A stretch of 64,000 nucleotides of DNA, taken from Elusimicrobiota bacterium. Its GTDB lineage: Bacteria; Elusimicrobiota; Elusimicrobia; F11. A program made the position numbers and the translations under genes. Shown one piece after another: positions 60,867-64,000 of this stretch. The stretch covers positions 128,001 to 192,000 of the forward strand of contig JBGAON010000001.1 in the NCBI GenBank assembly GCA_044221725.1, in the 5' to 3' direction. How positions within the stretch are numbered: the first letter of the stretch is position 1; the number at the start of each line of letters is the position of its first letter. The notes under the pieces were generated by a model. It had not been told where the DNA came from. It ran no database searches and saw only the letters and a list, made by a program, of their open reading frames with translations.

Positions 60867-60895
60867 GGAGATCTTAATCCACGTTTTTGCATAAT
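60840..60895 (+). promoter_or_regulatory. Four CTTAA direct repeats at 11-bp period plus -10-like CATAAT
   Basis: CTTAA at 60840, 60851, 60862 and 60873; CATAAT at 60890. Confidence 0.7.
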
Positions 60896-60901
60896 AAACG
60901 T

Positions 60902-60980
60902 ATCAAAAGCAGCAAGACATGAAGCACTCACCCAATTTTCGGGGGTCGGATTTGGTTAGGGGTCCGACCCCCATTTTTTT
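60902..60980 (+). ncRNA. Candidate small RNA
   Basis: Promoter architecture, about 40 weakly structured nt, then a terminator; no ORF with an SD. Confidence 0.45.
60941..60980 (+). terminator. Intrinsic terminator
   Basis: GGGGGTCGGA...TCCGACCCCC-ATTTTTTT. Confidence 0.88.
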
Positions 60981-60998
60981 GCCCCGACGAAATTGAAT

Positions 60999-61451
60999 TT
61001 ACTTCAATTTATCAGCTGGTTTAAACCAAAGGTTGACTTCTTTTTCTGCTTCTAGTGGGTTCGCCGATGCGTGCACAACGTTTTCGAAAACCCCTGCTGT
61101 TGTGATCCGACCAAACATTCCGCGAATGGTATCCGGCTTCGCCTTTTCCGGGTTCGTTTCTCCGGCCAATGCGCGGATTTTCTGAATTGCGTCTTCCCCA
61201 CGGTAAACCAATGCCATCACAGGAACGCCGCCACCGTGCAATTTACCGGTAATATATTCAATCAACTGAGGAAAGAACGGTTTGCCAACATGATCGGAGT
61301 AATGGTCGTTGGCCAATTTTTCGGGGACCAGCATGAGTCGGGCGGCCACCAGGGATAATTTTGCTTCTTCGAGTTTTGCAAGAACCGGGCCGATGAGATT
61401 TCGTTTTACCGCGTCCGGTTTGATCAAGACGAGTGTTTCTTGAACTGACAT
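60999..61451 (-). CDS. ndk: Nucleoside diphosphate kinase
   Basis: TLVLIKPDAV, PDTIRG, NVVHAS. Confidence 0.95.
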   Translation of the reverse strand: MSVQETLVLIKPDAVKRNLIGPVLAKLEEAKLSLVAARLMLVPEKLANDHYSDHVGKPFFPQLIEYITGKLHGGGVPVMALVYRGEDAIQKIRALAGETNPEKAKPDTIRGMFGRITTAGVFENVVHASANPLEAEKEVNLWFKPADKLK

Positions 61452-61537
61452 AACTGCCTCCACCTTTTAAAGTATTTTGGCGGGTTTTCCGCCGATGCAC
61501 CACGACCCTGTAACAGGACGAGTACGAGGGCGGGACT

Positions 61538-62863
61538 TTAGCAGTTTGCGCAGGCTTGCAGGTCCGGCCCATCATCTTCGCGAAAAATGAGGGCCGGTGG
61601 AATTTTTCCTTCCAACAGCGAGGGAACAGGGCCTTGGTAATACTTGTGAAAACGGCGTAACAGGTCAAATGCTTCATGCGATGGGCACGGCTCTTCGCAT
61701 ATTCGCAGCAATTGGCCGAGCGTTACTGGCTGTAGCGCGACCAGGTCGGCCGGTTCCAGGTAGCGCAAGTGTTCGACAAGATGGATTTTCATGAAGTTTC
61801 CAGCGCTCATCGCCAGCAACGCTTCAACGCACCGCGGGTCGAAATGTCCGCTCGCTTCTCGGTTTACAATTGCTAAGGCATTTTGGATCGACATCGCGCT
61901 GCGGTAATGCCGTTTCGACGTGATGGCGTCGAGCACATCAGCAACGGCAAGAATTCGAGCGCCGAGCGGGATGTCATTTCCGCGCAGGCCTTGCGGGTAG
62001 CCATTGCCGTCGTAGCGTTCGTGATGCCCCGCCGCGATGGAAGGAACATCGGCCAGTTCACTTTTGAACTTAAACTTGGAAAGTAACGTGAACGTACCTC
62101 GCGCGTGGGTTTGAATTTCCTGATATTCCTCGCTTGTTAGCGAACCTTCTTTTCTGAGAATTTCTTCTTTGATTTCTATCTTACCGAGATCGTGCATCAG
62201 TCCGGCGTAGCGTAGTTTTTCGATCTCGATGCCTTGCAATCCCATTTGTTTTCCGATTTCGATCGCGTATTCGGTAACGCGAAACGAGTGGCTCGCCGTC
62301 AACGGATCTCGCTGGTCGATCGCGATGGACAGAACCTCGAGAGTCGATTCAAAGTTTTTCTTCAGTTCTTCATAAAAGCTAATCGTAAGTCCGTGAGCGT
62401 CTTCCAGTTGTTTCGTGCGTTCTTTTACCTTCATTTCGAGATTTGCGTTCCATTCCTGCAAAGCGGCGCTCATGGCTTGGTTTTCTTCGAGCAATCTTTT
62501 GTGTTCGATCGCTTGCTTAAGTAAATGTTTGATCTGTTCAATGTTTGCCGGCTTGAGCAGATACGCTGTTGCCCCGCTGTTAAGGGCATCGATCGCATAG
62601 TCGGTTTCGGCGTAGCCGGTCATCATGATGACGACCATCTCAGGTTTGTTGCCTTTCAATACCTTCAGTACGTCTATGCCGGTCAAATCCGGCATTTTTA
62701 TGTCGAGCAACGCCACAGCGAAGTCCTCATTTTCGGCCGCTGCCAGCGCGGCGCGCCCACAATCGGCGCTCGTTACAAGGAAGCCGGAGCTTTTCAAAAT
62801 ACTCTCCAGTGTCAAGCGCTGTCCTTTGTTGTCGTCCACGAGAAGAATTTTATCGTTGCTCAT
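61538..62863 (-). CDS. Response regulator with HD-GYP output
   Basis: REC domain, coiled coil, MHDLGK, HHERYDGNGYP. Confidence 0.93.
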   Translation of the reverse strand: MSNDKILLVDDNKGQRLTLESILKSSGFLVTSADCGRAALAAAENEDFAVALLDIKMPDLTGIDVLKVLKGNKPEMVVIMMTGYAETDYAIDALNSGATAYLLKPANIEQIKHLLKQAIEHKRLLEENQAMSAALQEWNANLEMKVKERTKQLEDAHGLTISFYEELKKNFESTLEVLSIAIDQRDPLTASHSFRVTEYAIEIGKQMGLQGIEIEKLRYAGLMHDLGKIEIKEEILRKEGSLTSEEYQEIQTHARGTFTLLSKFKFKSELADVPSIAAGHHERYDGNGYPQGLRGNDIPLGARILAVADVLDAITSKRHYRSAMSIQNALAIVNREASGHFDPRCVEALLAMSAGNFMKIHLVEHLRYLEPADLVALQPVTLGQLLRICEEPCPSHEAFDLLRRFHKYYQGPVPSLLEGKIPPALIFREDDGPDLQACANC

Positions 62864-64000
62864 AACTTTATCTCCTTATCCTGAGCGATTGTGTTCGGTT
62901 CTTTTTCTGATGGGGCAACGAGTGGCAGTTTAATCGTGAAGCTGGTGCCTTTCCCCACGTGGCTAGTGACAAGAATCTGGCCTCCGTGTTTTTCGACAAT
63001 GTTGCGGCTAATCGCGAGTCCCAGTCCCGTTCCACGCGCTTTTGTGGTGAACAGTGGTTCAAAAATCTTGGACAAGTGAACCGGTTCAATGCCGCATCCG
63101 GTATCTTCAAACGTGATCAAAATAAATTCTTGATTAATGCCTTCTTCACCGGCGGTTTCAACAACGAATCCGGATTTGATCGTGAGCTTTCCACCCTGCG
63201 CCATGGCCTGCACCGCGTTACCGATCATGTTGCAGAAGACCTGATTCAAGCGATCCGGGTCCACCATTGCCGACGGCAATGTCACATCAAGGTCCCAGGC
63301 GAGTTGGATGTTTTCGGGGATGAGCACGATATTGGGCAGTTTTTCGAGCACCTCGTTTAATTGGGTGTGGCGTGGAACGAGCGCAACGACGCGTGAAAAA
63401 TCCAGGAGTTCTCCGATAATCACAACCGAAGCATCGACTTCGCTCTCGACCAGCTTCAAAATCATTTTCATATGCGGATCCGTTTCAAGAATGGGGTTGT
63501 TGGCGAGCGCATTTTTCACGTAATAAATTGCGTTTCGAATGGCGCCGAGAGGATTCTTTAGTTCATGCGCCACACCCGCCGCCAGCCGTCCGATGCTCGA
63601 GAGTCTTTCGCTGCGCAAAAGTTGGTTGTGTAAGTCTTTTTCCTTTTGTGCCGAAAGTTTTAGATCGGTCACATCGCGCATCACGGATTGAACCACGCGT
63701 TGCCCGCCGTACGTCAGCATTTTGCTCGTGTGCGCGATAATGCGAATAAGTCCGTCGCTACGCACAATGGAAATCTCGTTATCGGCGGGCCGTCCACCGC
63801 TAACGAGCGTTTTTACCTCGTTCATGAGTCGGTTGTGCTCTTGCGGATGACAGAGATCGAACACGGTCATGCTGAGCAATTCTTCTTTCGAGTATCCGCT
63901 CAACTCAGCGGCCACTTGATTCACGTTCAGGTGCTTCCCGGATGTCGGGTCGATAATAAATATCGCGAGACTCGATTGTTCGAACAGGTTTTGATAGCGG
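62860..64000 (-). CDS. PAS sensor histidine kinase (5' end beyond window edge)
   Basis: Frame open to the edge (RYQNLFEQS...PAS); AHELKNPL, GTGLGL. Confidence 0.93.
   Translation of the reverse strand, partial: RYQNLFEQSSLAIFIIDPTSGKHLNVNQVAAELSGYSKEELLSMTVFDLCHPQEHNRLMNEVKTLVSGGRPADNEISIVRSDGLIRIIAHTSKMLTYGGQRVVQSVMRDVTDLKLSAQKEKDLHNQLLRSERLSSIGRLAAGVAHELKNPLGAIRNAIYYVKNALANNPILETDPHMKMILKLVESEVDASVVIIGELLDFSRVVALVPRHTQLNEVLEKLPNIVLIPENIQLAWDLDVTLPSAMVDPDRLNQVFCNMIGNAVQAMAQGGKLTIKSGFVVETAGEEGINQEFILITFEDTGCGIEPVHLSKIFEPLFTTKARGTGLGLAISRNIVEKHGGQILVTSHVGKGTSFTIKLPLVAPSEKEPNTIAQDKEIKL

Noticed and set aside
60919..60996. 25-codon ORF in the suhB-ndk gap
   Set aside because: It has no SD and runs through the terminator.

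Overview
The window has two parts. Bases 1 to about 14,361 are the right arm of a prophage that runs off the left edge. On the minus strand it carries TerL (absent from the ORF track), TerS, RusA, a Prim-Pol/SF3 primase-helicase, a DEAD-box helicase, a single-strand-annealing-type module, an HNH nuclease, a sigma-like gene and a Cro-like gene. On the plus strand it carries a CI-like repressor and a large serine recombinase whose stop codon lies inside the antisense strand of tRNA-Gln(CTG), the probable attachment site. Bases 14,350 to 64,000 are host chromosome of a diderm bacterium; an Elusimicrobia-like host is my impression only and is untested. This part holds a large phosphate locus (CYTH, ppk1, phoBR, porin, pstSCAB, phoU, DUF47, pit) with Pho boxes, followed by archaeal-type PEP carboxylase, tatA, gnd-zwf and a pilin-like cluster with a GT-C-like gene. 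Further on are gltBD, a long-form ispG, a cold-shock gene, a protein-only RNase P (HARP), nadE with a GAF-GAF-ANTAR gene, a cytochrome c/heme operon, suhB, ndk and a PAS kinase/HD-GYP pair. The strongest leads are a candidate ~80-nt sRNA behind four 11-bp-phased CTTAA boxes, an A9 tract that splits the prophage sigma-like gene, the integrase-tRNA overlap, HARP, a giant pilin with a (TN)16 tail, a palindrome family abutting both Pho boxes and an in-frame palindrome inside hemD. All protein assignments come from motif recognition by eye; no database searches were run.
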